Assembly: GCA_951406725.2 (NCBI GenBank)
Contig: OX597814.1
Span: 119,598,001 to 119,662,000, forward strand
Source: Octopus vulgaris
Taxonomy: Eukaryota
Length of the DNA: 64,000 nucleotides
Reading direction: 5' to 3'
Part shown: positions 53,171 through 64,000 of the stretch, in pieces
Numbering within the stretch: the first letter of the stretch is position 1
Layout: the number at the start of each line of letters is the position of its first letter
Notes under the pieces: generated by a model
The model's database searches: none
The model's input: only the letters and a program-made list of their open reading frames with translations
Told to the model about the DNA's origin: nothing
Translations under genes and position numbers: made by a program

Positions 53171-54299
53171 TTAATGTAAAGACAAAATAATTCAGAATAT
53201 ACTTCTTTGATTCTGTAAAAGGATACCGATCTTCCGTTAATGCCACCAACATAGAAGATAAAAAGATTAATTTTACATGAAATGTTTCAAAATCTATCCG
53301 TGTGCAGGTTTAACAATAGTAAATCTATGAATTGAATCGGCAGTTTATAGTGATTTCTATATAACCTTCAAGTTTGGAATATTAAATTTACAAACAATTG
53401 CCTATTGAGATGGATAGCTGAATAGTTAAAGTAGCTGAGAACCAGCTAGCAAATCGGGTGATTCATGTCAATATCCAATAACGTAGCGCGCGCATATAAT
53501 CACTACCTTTCTATCTCAAACTTAAGTAGGCACCTTACGATAGAATTTATCGCTGAATACAATAAATTCGAAGTAAAATAGAGAATGATTCTTTGTACGG
53601 AAGTAAAATGTAACTCATTGAAATACTAACTTAAACAGCGTTCTCTTATCCATTGAAAATTTTACTGTAATACACTGAAGAAACCATAGCTTTATAGATG
53701 TTTGCGAAAGGGAACTGATACATATTTTCCATAAATTTGTTGTATAATATATAGATACTCTCCAAAATATATTCATCCTTCACGTCACAAAGATATGAAA
53801 ATATCATTTAATATTATTTCTGATGTATCTGAAATTAATAAAATCGACAAAAGTCGTAATTCACTTGATCAAAGTTAGTCCTTAAGCCAAAACCCCAAAC
53901 ATTCTGTGTCGGTACTACATGGGGTGAATAATTCTTATGGGAATTTTCAACTTGCTATATATCTGTAGTATCTATTTATATATGATAGCCTTGTCAGAAT
54001 GGTAGTTTAGTAGTAATTATCAATAAGAAACTGCATACAAGAATTTCACAAATATCTTTTATTTTGACTATAGCAAGGTCAGGGAAGTGGTCCACAGACG
54101 GAATTTAATCAGTATGCAATTCTACTTAATATAAATTTGAATTGCACATTTCAGATGCACGATATGTAATCAACATAAAATCAAACATGACTTACCAAAA
54201 GTCACGCCAAGATTGATCAATTGTTTTCAAGTCAACAAAGATTTTCTGGTATTATAGCAGGTGCAGGCTAGCCAGGTTCTTTACCTGCCATGGATGCCC

Positions 54300-54890
54300 A
54301 GCATACTATGAAGCTAATCATTGTAGTCATCCTCAGAATATATCGGTTGTATTTCTAGCTCACTGTCGCCGAATTCAGGTGCTTGGTTGTCGCATGTTTG
54401 TAGCTTGCACATATCTGTTCGCCTCAAACCACTGCTGAGGCAGCTGCATGCTGGTAGTTTGCAGGAACGCGCATATTTTCAGGATAAAATCTAAAGTACT
54501 GCATCCAGTACAGGTGAGCTGCGCACCCAAGCAATGGCGAGATCATTCTCTTTGTCTAATATCGAAACGACATTCGATGGGGATCGGAACAAATGGTTGG
54601 GTCTGTAGACGTCTTCTCCAGATGGCTGCTCGGTAGTTTTCACGAAGAGCATGTATGAACAAATAGTCCTCACATTGATGTAGTTGACTCCATACAATTT
54701 CTCCACGTCTAGTGCTAAAGAGCTGGTATCGAAGTTTATTTACTTCAGTTGTTGAAGTACAAAGCATGCACATTTGGCAGGTTATCACCTGTAGCTGTTG
54801 GAACAGTTCATAAGATACATCCCCCCCACCAGTTTACTGAAGGTGTTTTGGAAGGTCTTGCTGGATTTCATCAGTTAGAACGTTGTCAGC
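54300..54890 (-). mobile_element. C-terminal fragment of an Academ-like DNA-transposon protein with a Cys-rich tail
   Basis: VNKLRYQLF..SQLHQCEDYLFIHALRENYRAAIWRR..VPIP..WVRSSPVLDAVL..SCKLPACSCLSSGLRRTDMCKLQTCDN. Confidence 0.65.
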
Positions 54891-54914
54891 TATACAGACA
54901 GTAGACAGTAGACA

Positions 54915-55864
54915 GTATCAAATTGGTTTGTCAAATTTCGTTCTGGTAACTTTGATCTCACAAATATGTAATGCGGTCGACCAGAAACAAAAGTGGGTAA
55001 TGACGAACTGAAAGCCACCGTCGCTTCAGATCTACTTCAAAGTGTATTATCGTTGTTATTTGGTGTTAGCAAGCGAACAATAACGACTCACCTAGATCAA
55101 ATCGGTAAAGTGAAAAAGTCGGATAATGGGTTCCACTGAACTCAATAAAAATCAGAAACAGCAACGTTTGGAAGCTTGCATTATGCTAATTTCTCGTCAC
55201 AAATATGAATCGTTTTTTAATCGAATTGTAACATGTGATGAGAAATGAATCCAATACAACAACCGTAAACGTTTAGCACAATGGTTAGAGAAAGACGAAT
55301 CATCAAACCACAGTCCAAAATGAAAAATACATCAAAAGAAGCTGATGGTGTGTGTTTGGTGTTCTGGGGCAGGTGTAATCCAGTATGATTTCATTAAACT
55401 TGGCTCATCAGTCACGGCTGAAGTATACTGTAGCCAACTGGACTAAATGATGCAGAAACTTGCAAAAAACAGCCTAGATTAGTCAACTGATCCACTCCTA
55501 TTTTATTACAAGACAATGCCAGACCACATCACTAAAATGACATTGGCGAATCTACAGGAGTTGGAATTGGAAGTTCTCCATCAACCACATACTTACCTAA
55601 TCGTTTCCCTACTGACTCCCATTTCCGGAATTTGGATAACTTTTTGATAGGAAAAAAAGTTTAATTGTGACGATACTGTAAAACAGGCCTTCCAAGATTT
55701 TATTAACTCTAGATTGCCAGGCTTCTACAGTTCTAGGCTTGACAAGCTACCGTTAAATGGCAAATGTGTATTGACAACATGACTGCATACTATGATGACT
55801 AAAATTATTCTTTTGTAGCAAACTTTTTTATTCTTTTCACCAAACGTCATACTTGACGACCTAA
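54915..55864 (+). mobile_element. 5'-truncated degenerate mariner transposon
   Basis: WFVKFRSGNFDL..GRP, RIVTCDEK*, HQKKLMVCVW, LLQDNARPH and PTDSHF. Right TIR ends ..GACGACCTAA then TA. Confidence 0.92.
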
Positions 55865-57534
55865 TATAAAATGTTTTGTTTGTTTGAGATGGTTAGTCTA
55901 ATAAACCAGAAACGAAAGCCATTATGCTGTCAAACAATATAAACATAAGGCATATATTAAAGACGAATCATTGTAACTATTACAATGTAATATTTAATTG
56001 CACGAAATTTAGACTTACTGTTGTACATATAAAAATATATTTTATCCTTAACTCTGGTTTACTTTCAAACTATTGATACTTGCAAGGAATATCACAATCA
56101 AAGCACACTTTTAATGATGATGATGATGACGATATGTATAGTAGTTAAGGAAGACACTGACCATTAATGAGATTAATGTCTGTAACAGGATTAAAATTGA
56201 TGGTAGTAAAAAAATACCTAATAACCATTGCATTATTAAATATTGTCACGCTTTTAACATAACTAGGATATGTGGAGGCGTATGTTATTGACGGATAAAT
56301 ATTCCTCTAAAATTAATTATAAGCCGGATTTTGAAATGTTATTAGACACATATTTAAAGCATATTAAAAGGCTCTCAGTGAAGTAAATTACCAGATTTAA
56401 AGAGTTAATGTACCCAGATTCCTTCTTAGTGCTTACGAGATCATATCACTAATGGGTAATTTTAGCTTTTATCTACGCCCTGACGATAGATTAAATACGA
56501 GTTTATTACTCTATGTGGTATAGACTATATCACATCTGCAAAAAAAGGATTTTTGCCCACTCTAATAAAGATTTCGTCTTCTATTAGCAAAGAGTCAGGT
56601 ATAATAGAAATAAAATCTTGAAGAGTGAAACAACCAATCCTGTTGAATGCATTTAATTTGATACAAGAAATTTATTATAACTGAGCGAGACAAAGAAAGC
56701 ATTTAAATTGACTTCCTTTGAAATTTTGTTCTATATGTTTAAACCTATACTGCTATTTTTGTTTTGTCCAAGTAAGGCTTGGTCAAGTAAGCTTATGGTG
56801 AAAGACCTTTTAGTTGTAACCATCATATGATTTCCTTCATGAATATTAGACTACTTTTTCTAGCAGGTCGAACTACCACATACAGTCTCTCGTTGGCATA
56901 GTTTGTACTGCTGTATACTGATATATAACTTCAGAGAAGCTCATTCTATTTTGAAATATGATCAGACGTATTTCAGTATAGAAAATCTCGCTGATTGTTA
57001 CTGAAAGCTCGGTCTGTATTGTTCAGTATATGCTCTCATTACCAGAGAGTAGAGTGCAATATAAAGATGAGGTGTTTGTAATTTTTAACTCTCCCTGTGA
57101 TTACACAGTTGCTTACACTTTGTGTTGTGTATATGTTTAACTTACATCCACCACAGAATTAATGATATTAGATGATTTGTGTGCACTCATTAATTAGCTT
57201 TTGAAAAATAAGCGAGATCGTTTACACAGACTCTATGAAACAAGAACTGCAACAAACAGAAATTAACCAAATTAATTTCAGTTCGCAATTACAATAATTC
57301 ATATTGTAATAGTGAAATGTTTTCAGTACATTTTGTCAACTATTTTGATGTTCAACGAGATAAGCTAATTATCATTTTGAAATAAATGTACTTTGTAAAT
57401 GCATAAAGAGGTACAAATATAACGTTTGTGATTGGTATCGAACATATGTTTCACTACTATGGTCATTTCCCATCTGCCAACATTAATTCGAGGATATTAA
57501 TGTACCACAATATGGAGTTCACTAACGTATATCT

Positions 57535-57945
57535 GTTATCTTTTACTAGTCTCAGTTCTTAGACTGCGGCCATGCTGGGGCACCGCCTTGATGAATTTTT
57601 GTCGAACGAGCTTCAGCCGAGTACTTTTTTCCCACAAAACTAGTACGTACTCTATCGTCCCTTCTAGGCTGAACTGCTAGGTTACGGGACGTAGATACCC
57701 CAACAACGGTTGTCAAGCGGTGGTGTGGACAATCACAGACCCAAACACACATACACACACATAGGCACGCGCGTTTATATCGATCTATACAAGACCAGCT
57801 TGTTTTAGTTTCCGTCTACCATATCCACTCACAACAATTTGGTCAGCCTGGGGCTATAGCTGAAAACACTTATCCAAGTTTCCTCACATTGGGACTAAAC
57901 CCGAAATCATGTGGCTGGAAAGCAAAATTCCTACAACGCAGCACG
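57535..57945 (-). mobile_element. SINE family A copy
   Basis: GACTGCGGCCATGCTGGGGCACCGCC..GTTTCCGTCTACCA..CATGTGGCTGG. Confidence 0.85.
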
Positions 57946-58184
57946 CTCATAGTTTACCTTTACTCTCTTATCTCTCACTTTACTGCATCTACATGACTCA
58001 CAATTATAAAACAAAATACATGAATTACATACTGCACAATAGAAGGATATTACTATGTGAGATTCCTTTTGTTTTCATGAATACTAGTAACATATGGAAC
58101 CTCAACGATTGCCTTCCAACTAAAGAAAATTTTAAAGGTTGTTGACATCGTAATACGTATCCAGCCAGAAGAGACTATTTAACT

Positions 58185-58480
58185 CAGTGGTTCTCAAAGT
58201 GGGCGGTTTTGACCCCATGGGGGCGAAGGAACATTCCAAAGGGTCGTTGAAGAAAAATGGGGTAGCGATTCATCTAAAAGCAACAAAAAGTTCATCCGGT
58301 TAAGTTTTCTTTGTGAAATACAGTTGCTTTGAATTTGGTTCAGAAACAGGTATATGCTTGTCTTGGTTAGTTGGGGTGGGGTCGCTGAGTAGCTTGGAAA
58401 AATTTGGGAATCCATCCTTTAACTGATCATTCCACCTGTTACAAATAAGACATAACTCCCTGAAATGACACTGACATCTT
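58185..58480 (-). mobile_element. hAT (Charlie/Buster-like) 3' end remnant
   Basis: Terminus CAGTGGTTCTCAAAGTGGGC. The minus strand gives IFPSY and IYLFLNQIQSN, resembling a hAT C-terminus. Confidence 0.55.
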
Positions 58481-59798
58481 AGGAAGAGAGTTATGGATAC
58501 CATGAGTCCGACTGTGACGTGGTGACGCCCCACTGAGAATCTTTACGCCATAGATATATTAGGCCAGTGCTGACCAAAGGCTAAACTAGAAAATACTCAT
58601 GTCATTATGTGGTTACATTTAATGGCTATATTTGGATATAATTACTAATATAATAATTGATAAATTTGATAATATAACAATATTCGATAATATATTTTAT
58701 GATCTGAACAATATTAAGGACTTTTCTTTTATTCCTTTAAATTAATCGTTATCATAATTAATTCCTCTAAATTAATAGTGATAGAAACAATTCCTTTCAT
58801 TCTATTCGCAATTAATATATCAATCTCTAAGTGGGTATTGAGTGACAAAAGTTGAGTTTAAAAGCACATTTTCTCAAATGTATAAGGTGAGACAGAAATT
58901 CGTTCCATATTTGCAGCTTACTTGCGGAGAGTCAATAAGATTACTCTGATGATTTATAATTTGTTATCAGTGACCATCAAGGTTTGGACTGACAAACATC
59001 ATGCATATGATGTTTGGACGTTTATCCAAAATTGTGACGCAGGAAGCTTTTTGTATTACCTTATATACACACACCAACACACACACATATATATACATAT
59101 AGAGCGCGAGAGGGAGAGAGAGAGATACAAAGAGAAAAAGAAAGGGAGACAAAAATAGAGAAGAATTCAAATGTTGTGTTCATGCATGTACGCTCATTTG
59201 GAAATTTACGATTTCGTATATTAACCTTGATTTTGTAGTTTACCATTAAACCAAAATAACATATTCGCGGATCATGTAAGAGATATTTATCTTCTGATTT
59301 TCATATTTAAGAGGGCAATTTATTACCATTAGTAACTAGCGTATAGACCATAACATAAGCTGGGATCTTATAAATAGAAAATTTAGATCTCCGTTCAGAG
59401 ATCACAGATTACATCTGTTCTGTTTTTTGTAATAAGGTTTAAAATAAGCCCTATTCATATCAGATCCACACACAGATACACGCCCAGGCGTACAGGGTGA
59501 GTGTGTGTGTATGTGTGTGTGCACACGCACATGCTTGTGCGACAAGGCGATTACATTTGTGGTTTACTTTGTCATCTGGAAAGAAAATGAAAATAAAGCA
59601 TGCATCACAGATGTATGGAAGGGCGACGGAATGCATGAGAAATCTTCTAACGAATAAATACGCCTTAGTACATGAACTGAGTTTCTATTAACAAAACACA
59701 CGTTTTTTCCATCTAAATACTCACTTAGAGAAAGGAAGATAAGCATTCTCATATGCGTATATTAATACACAGAAAACCACTCACATAGGCATATATTG

Positions 59799-59877
59799 CA
59801 GTAATCCCTTGACTATCGCATGTGTTACGCTCCAAAAAACCCCGCGATAGGTGGAAATCCGCGAAGCAGATACAGTA

Positions 59878-59928
<51 letters not shown>

Positions 59929-59977
59929 AATAAATATTAGGGAATAAATCCAAACTTACAGGGTCTCTAATTTAATA

Positions 59978-60038
<61 letters not shown>

Positions 60039-60188
60039 TATATCTTGTTTTACTATTATTATAATTTGTAGATATTTATTTTATCATAAATGCAAAACAG
60101 CACCACGGAGGAATTGACGTAAGCTTAAATAATAAACCACGATAAGTGAACCGTGATAGGTGAACCGCGATAAGACGAGGGATTATTG
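59799..60188. mobile_element. Tigger/pogo-like MITE containing microsatellites
   Basis: TIRs CAGTAATCCCTTGACTATCGC / GCGATAAGACGAGGGATTATTG and internal CCGCGATAGGTG repeats. Confidence 0.8.
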
Positions 60189-60221
60189 TATATACATAGA
60201 CATCATTGTAATATATCTATA

Positions 60222-60594
60222 ACTAGCAGTATCGCCCGGCGTTGCTCGGGTTTGTAAGGGAAATAACTATAAAGCATTTTTAGAGAGTTATAGCCAAAAA
60301 ATGGAAAAAAAATGATGGTAAATTTTTTTTTTAGTTAAAAAGGTCGAGTTGCGTCCCCTAGACAGTCTGTGGTTTGTGTTTCTGATTGTCGACCCCATGT
60401 CGAATTTATCGATTTTTTCAGAACTGGGGGAACTTTTCAAAATTTTCGCTGCGTTAGTTTTGAATTATGACATTGGGCTATGTGTGTGTCAAGTTTCATC
60501 AGAATCGGTTGAAAGCCGTGGTCAGGGTGAGGGTACAAGCAAACAGACACACAGAAACACGCACAGACAAACTGCCGTTTATATATAGAGAGAT
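60222..60594 (+). mobile_element. Non-autonomous Helitron/Helentron-type element (HINE/DINE-1-like)
   Basis: ACTAGCAGT start with a CCCGGCGTTGCTCGGG hairpin, a CAGA-type microsatellite, and a TATATATAGAGAGAT end. Confidence 0.7.
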
Positions 60595-61854
60595 TATACA
60601 AGCGAGTTGTTGACTGATTTCAACTTCAAAGTTTCGTCTGACATGAAACAAAAACATTGATATATATCATTACATACAGACGGGTGCACACACGCTCGAA
60701 ATCACACACACACAAACGCACACAAACACACACACTCACATATGTATTCACGCGTAAACACACACATACTCACATAAATGCATTATGTACTTATATATAT
60801 ATATATATATATACACATACACACACATACACAGAGAGAAAGACAAACACGCACAGATAACATATATATCATTTATAATTGTTCCAGCCCGAGGTGGTGA
60901 CCATGCTTGGGCGTTTGTACTGTTACGATTTCTGATTTATATATTATTTCATTCCATTCAGCCTTTTCCCACTAAGTCTTTTTTGTTAGTGAGGGACCTC
61001 GATATCGCCGCCCACACTTTACCTTCATGCTGTTTCATGTGTGTGTGTGTGCGTGCGCTTGTGTACGTGCGTGTGAGCGCGTATGTGTCGTGTATACGAA
61101 AACATATTTCGTTTAAACGAACTAAAGCGCTAATAAAGCATTATTCAAAATTATGACTGCCTCCTTTTTCTCAAAATACAATATATGTACACCACTTCAG
61201 ACATTGTATACACAAACACACACAAGTGTGTTTCGTCTATTTTTTCATCCATAACACACATACCCACATCATACGCATATATACTCCAAATATATTCTTA
61301 TGTTTATAGGTAAGGCACATGCATATGTATCAGTTATGTTGGAACTATTAGGTACTATGGTTTTCAAACCACTTGAATGAAGTAGAACTATAATGCAACA
61401 AATACTGCAATGAAGAACTATTGGTTCAAACTTCCCAGTCTTCGAAAATCGTATATGTTATACATAGAAAATTTTCCTAAGAAAAATACTGCAAAAATTG
61501 TGTGCTGAAAGATATGTATATTATCTATATTACACACGTCATGTTTCCCACCTCTCTCACACACATACACGCGTGAATGTGCGTCTGCGAGAGTGGATGT
61601 GTGGTTGTGTATAATGTATATGATTATAAAATTAGCGCTTTGAGTTTTTTTGGTTTGATGCAAAACTATGTAATATATTGTATTTGATTAGGATGGAATT
61701 ACTCATGAAAAGGAAATTATAAAAAGTAAATAAAATATATATAATTTGTAATTAATTAATTAATTAATCAGTTAAGTAAAACATTAATAGAGTGTATTAA
61801 ATAAAAGTCGTGCAGAAAGGTAGAAAAGTAAATATATATATATATATAATTTAC

Positions 61855-62111
61855 TAGACGTATCGTAATGCTGTATCTACAAGGAGACGCATATTATCTG
61901 TGAAATTCAGAGAGGTAGTAACCAGGGTAAATGTAGAACGTGCCAATAGACAGACAGAAACAAAGAAGATAGAAGGAAATCGATAAAAGAAGCGCAACAA
62001 AGTGAAAGCTAACTCTATTCGTGGTTGTGCTGATGAAGGCGACAGAGGAAGTCAGCATCAGTGACTGACACAGGCCTTGCTCTCCTACTCAATAGACACG
62101 CTTTTGTTGAT
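61855..62111 (-). other. Candidate non-repeat (UTR-like) exon
   Basis: Acceptor CCTCTGTTTACAG with a branch-like CATTAAC upstream, and donor CTA/GTAAAT. No recognisable protein. Confidence 0.2.
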
Positions 62112-62794
62112 CTGTAAACAGAGGATTTCATATTTTGTTAATGGCTTTTCTTACACAGTCAGGACTAAAATTTGTCTTGTAGTGTTTGCTTTTGTTTTTG
62201 TTATAGTCGTTCTTCTGCTTGAATACGTATGCGTGTGACTATATGTATGTATGTATATGATCAATGAACTTATATAGATATTACTGCCGTGTTTTTACAG
62301 CGAGCAGCTGCAGTAAAGATTACTTTGACCATTTTGATGTTTTATTTTTTGTATGCTTTTGTCATTTCTGTTGATATTTTTATTGTTTTTTTTTTTTACA
62401 GAATTCTTATATTTCTTTAAGCAATGAAAGTGTATGTCAATGCCGATGGTAGGTGGTAGCAGTCGTGTTAGTATCAACGGTGTTATGTATGTTGTTGCGA
62501 GTCTTAACGTAAATTTTGTGGTGGAGATGGGGGTGGTTCTGTGGTTACTCTAGTTCTCACCTCCTCCCACACCTTTTGGCAATTATAATGATATTGCCAT
62601 AATGATAGTGATCGTGGTGGCGGTTTCTAATGGAGGTATATATATATCTAATTTACCTCTGCTACTATAAGAAGCAGCATCAATGTCAATGTGTGTCGTG
62701 CGTTAGCAGATAAGCTGACAGTGATTAGAAACAACGAGACTGTTTCGATCCTGATCGAATTAATAATGCTTCGAGGATGGTCATGAGACTCACA

Positions 62795-62795
<1 letters not shown>

Positions 62796-62857
<62 letters not shown>
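62796..62857. repeat. (AAT)n microsatellite
   Basis: Seen directly. It makes the poly-Asn and poly-Leu ORFs. Confidence 0.97.
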
Positions 62858-62858
<1 letters not shown>

Positions 62859-63385
62859 GCAGTAGAAGTAATAAAGATTTGTGTTTACTGCAGATAGTAT
62901 TTCTTTCCAATGAAAATGAAGAATTGCATCCTCTACGTTTACTTTTCGAGTCTTTCATAAGTATAATTTTAAATTCGATATAGCACATTCAACAGAAATG
63001 GAATCAGTCATATCACTGAGATCATCGCAATTACAGGAACATTTGAGTAGTATTACATCAAAATACATATAATATGTTTGTGCTGCTTAAACAGAGGCCA
63101 TCACAGATAAGTAAAAATACAAGGAAATGTATGATATAACACCCATGAGTATTCTTAGTAAAGAAGAGAAGATATAGTTAAAGCCAATGATATCTGGCTT
63201 CCATTTCTAGCATCTAGATCAACCAGGTAGATGTTCCTGGTGATTTTAAAAGTCTAGAAAAATAGAATATCATTCACTGTTGCAGGAGAGTAGTGCTGAT
63301 TATAGGGTGGTAGCAGTTTTGCAAATGCAGTTACGTTGCTGCATGTACACACAATATATCCATCCACCCACCCCTCACACACACA

Positions 63386-63599
63386 CGAGGGGTGTTCTTT
63401 TAGATATTCCCCTAAGCCACTTCCGGTTCTTGGATTTAGGCGCAACCTGCCGACTTCTACAGATGGGGTGTTCACAGCTGCATACATTGATGAGAGAAGT
63501 GTGTCACCATTGGAAGAGGCTATGCAGTGAAGGACTAAGTTTTGTTTATCCCAGTTCTTGAAAAGCAGGTCAGGGGAAATCTTTAATGAGCATCTTTCG
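63386..63599. mobile_element. Mariner-type MITE
   Basis: Imperfect TIRs CGAGGGGTGTTCTTTTAGATATTCCCCT / AGGGGAAATCTTTAATGAGCATCTTTCG. Confidence 0.6.
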
Positions 63600-63669
63600 A
63601 ACCTATATAGATACTAAAACATGGATATGTATCTTTTCTCTCTTTCTCTCTATCTATTTATCTATCTGT

Positions 63670-63735
<66 letters not shown>

Positions 63736-64000
63736 CTTAGATAAATTATATTTGTTTGGGCCATTATAGGTCCAGGCCATGCTAAAATTAATGGCACTAC
63801 CTGGAGATAGATTTTACGTCATGTTTCAGGATTCCATGGACCGGTTGAGCAAATTGTTGTTTTTCTCAGTCTGGTACTGCTTGGAATCTGTGTGCACTCA
63901 TGATAGGGTTTCTCTCGACAATTACGCCTAGCTATCTGATATTATTCGACAGTGTGTGTAAAGACATTTACGTGTAGAATGAGAACACATAGTCTGTGCA

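Noticed and set aside
62025-62100. CTGATGA followed by an AGGC/GCCT stem
   Set aside because: No GAAA core or stem III follows, so it is not a hammerhead.
63254-63561. Overlapping GC-richer ORFs
   Set aside because: They are largely explained by the mariner-type MITE at 63386-63599.

Overview
Very AT-rich eukaryotic DNA with dense (TA)n, (CA)n and trinucleotide microsatellites and many repeats. The abundant tRNA-derived SINE families look like those I know from Octopus, so a coleoid cephalopod is inferred (not verified). I cannot support any intact protein-coding gene, and nearly all listed ORFs are microsatellite or transposon artefacts. The window holds mariner, Tigger-, hAT-, Academ- and Helitron-like DNA-transposon remnants and MITEs, RTE/CR1/RLE LINE fragments, Penelope-like remnants and more than 20 SINE copies. 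Two signals are not explained by the ORF track. (1) Between about 2.9 and 26.9 kb lie about six decayed, apparently intronless paralogues on both strands. Their frameshifted translations resemble the N-terminal helical domain of the leprecan family (CRTAP/P3H/SC65), and several end in a hydrophobic stretch rather than a hydroxylase domain. (2) Several minimal type-I hammerhead ribozyme motifs sit in short repeats next to (TA)n tracts. Protein similarities were judged by eye from remembered family motifs and need HMM/tblastn confirmation. Boundaries of decayed features are approximate.
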